A stretch of DNA of 64,000 nt from Takakia lepidozioides (taxonomy: Eukaryota; Plantae; Bryophyta). Location: contig CM060732.1 of assembly GCA_030704615.1 (NCBI GenBank), positions 51,956,001 through 52,020,000 on the forward strand. Reading direction: 5' to 3'. The notes beneath the pieces are model-generated. The model was not told the origin of the DNA. It saw only the letters and a list, made by a program, of their open reading frames with translations, and ran no database searches. Positions 62,801 to 64,000 of this stretch are shown here, piece by piece. Made by a program: the position numbers and the translations under genes. Numbering within the stretch: position 1 is the stretch's first letter; every line of letters starts with the position of its first letter.

Positions 62801-64000
62801 GTCCAGTCGATCATGCCACGTTTGAAGACTTGCTCCCCCAATTGTCACCGGCCACATTTGCTTGAATATTATCCGTGACAACAATACCATGTTTGCTTGC
62901 AGAGATTCTCCGTAATCACTTTGATTTGCAGTTTCCAAAGTTTCCCTCTCTCACGCCAGTCATCATAAGAGGTCCCCCTTCCCTGATTTGCATACAGCTT
63001 ACAAGTACGCTTATCATAGATGGACGATGTAATCTCTGTCTACAGCCTTCACTACTGAGAACAGATTCTGTCTGAGGTCAGGTACAAACAACACGTTGTG
63101 TATTGTTCCCTTCTCCACTCACTTCCTGCTAGGGTTAGGATATCTATATCCCCTATTCCACTTGCCCTATTGGTAACATCAGTGGCAACTTGTACTCCCC
63201 AACGATGAGATTCAATCTTCTTAAGATTTTGAACATTGCATCTGTTGGTCATGTGCTCAGATGCACAACTGTCCGAAGTACAGGATATATCGTCTTCATC
63301 GCCAACTTTCTCTCCAATTGACGTGTTGTTGTACACTGCCTGAATAGCATTGCTAATATGTACAATCTTTACCATATCATTGACAATGTTCTGATCAGTG
63401 TTTCTTCGTTGTGCACTGACCATCATCGACACGCTCTCTTTCTTCATGATGAATGCAGTGGCAGCATAGGCAGCGCTCATCTTAATGGATTCCACCATGT
63501 TAGCAGCGATACTCTTGTACATTTCTCGCTCCAGTGCCCAACTTCACCGCAGGTATTGCACATCATTTTCTTTTTTAACCGCTATTCTTTCAGCTCTCTC
63601 CTTCTTCTGCTCCGTTGTCAGAAAACTTCCAACTGCTTGTGGATGAGTTATGTCTTCCTTTGACATGCTTTGGTGAAGAAAGCTCTATCCATGACATCCT
63701 CTGTGTTTCCTCACGCTTTTCTCAACGCTTCTTTTTTGAGTAACCTAGATTGCAAGTTGTTCAACGTCTCTCGGCAGTGGGTACACTATCCCATGCATCT
63801 AAGATGTTCTCATAGCTTGGAGGTAAAGTGCACACTATCTTTTGCCATGATAGCTGATTCAGTCATCTCTTCCCAAGATTCACTCAACTGTTTTGCCATC
63901 AGTTCTATCTGCGGATATAACTGGAGATGACTCCATTTTCTTCCATCTTGAGATGATACATCTTACTTTGTAAGACATGAATGTTCTCGGTAGCATTTTG
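59111..64000 (-). mobile_element. Degenerate Ty1/Copia LTR retrotransposon, continuing beyond the window
   Basis: Copia domain order: gag knuckle CNTCGEVGHWSEKC (about 63520-63562), protease DSCASEHM, integrase FWAEAATTAAYTLNR, RT KCKWVYK..RYKARLVAKGYSQEYGIDF...FVDDGL, RNase H STTESEYIA...DNQSAI...TKHIDV. Many frameshifts. Confidence 0.95.

Overview
Eukaryotic nuclear DNA from a land plant, most likely a non-seed plant such as a bryophyte, lycophyte or fern. This is an inference from the GT-AG introns, PLS-DYW PPR genes, RTE-X-like LINE and gene content. Manually spliced genes: CCHC/KH RNA-binding protein (4025-7872 +), HMA2/4-type P1B-2 Zn/Cd ATPase with unusual His/Cys-rich N- and C-terminal extensions (17062-24887 +), kinesin-14 (32586-36920 +) and PIGN/MCD4 (43239-52998 -, with local lesions). 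There are also two convergent decayed PLS-DYW PPR genes. Mobile DNA includes a Copia element, a solo LTR, a hAT MITE, tRNA-derived SINEs, L1 and RTE-X-like fragments and a ParB/Srx-like TE ORF. The main finding is an intact 7-exon gene on the minus strand (38061-41124, 463 aa) that the ORF track shows only as fragments. It encodes a chloroplast-transit-like N-terminus, a Gly-rich linker, two hydrophobic helices and a bacterial/phage-type domain with a His...Ser-Ala-Gly-Cys motif resembling YkuD-like L,D-transpeptidases. It is a candidate undescribed enzyme of chloroplast peptidoglycan metabolism. All family assignments come from motif recognition by eye; no database searches were run.
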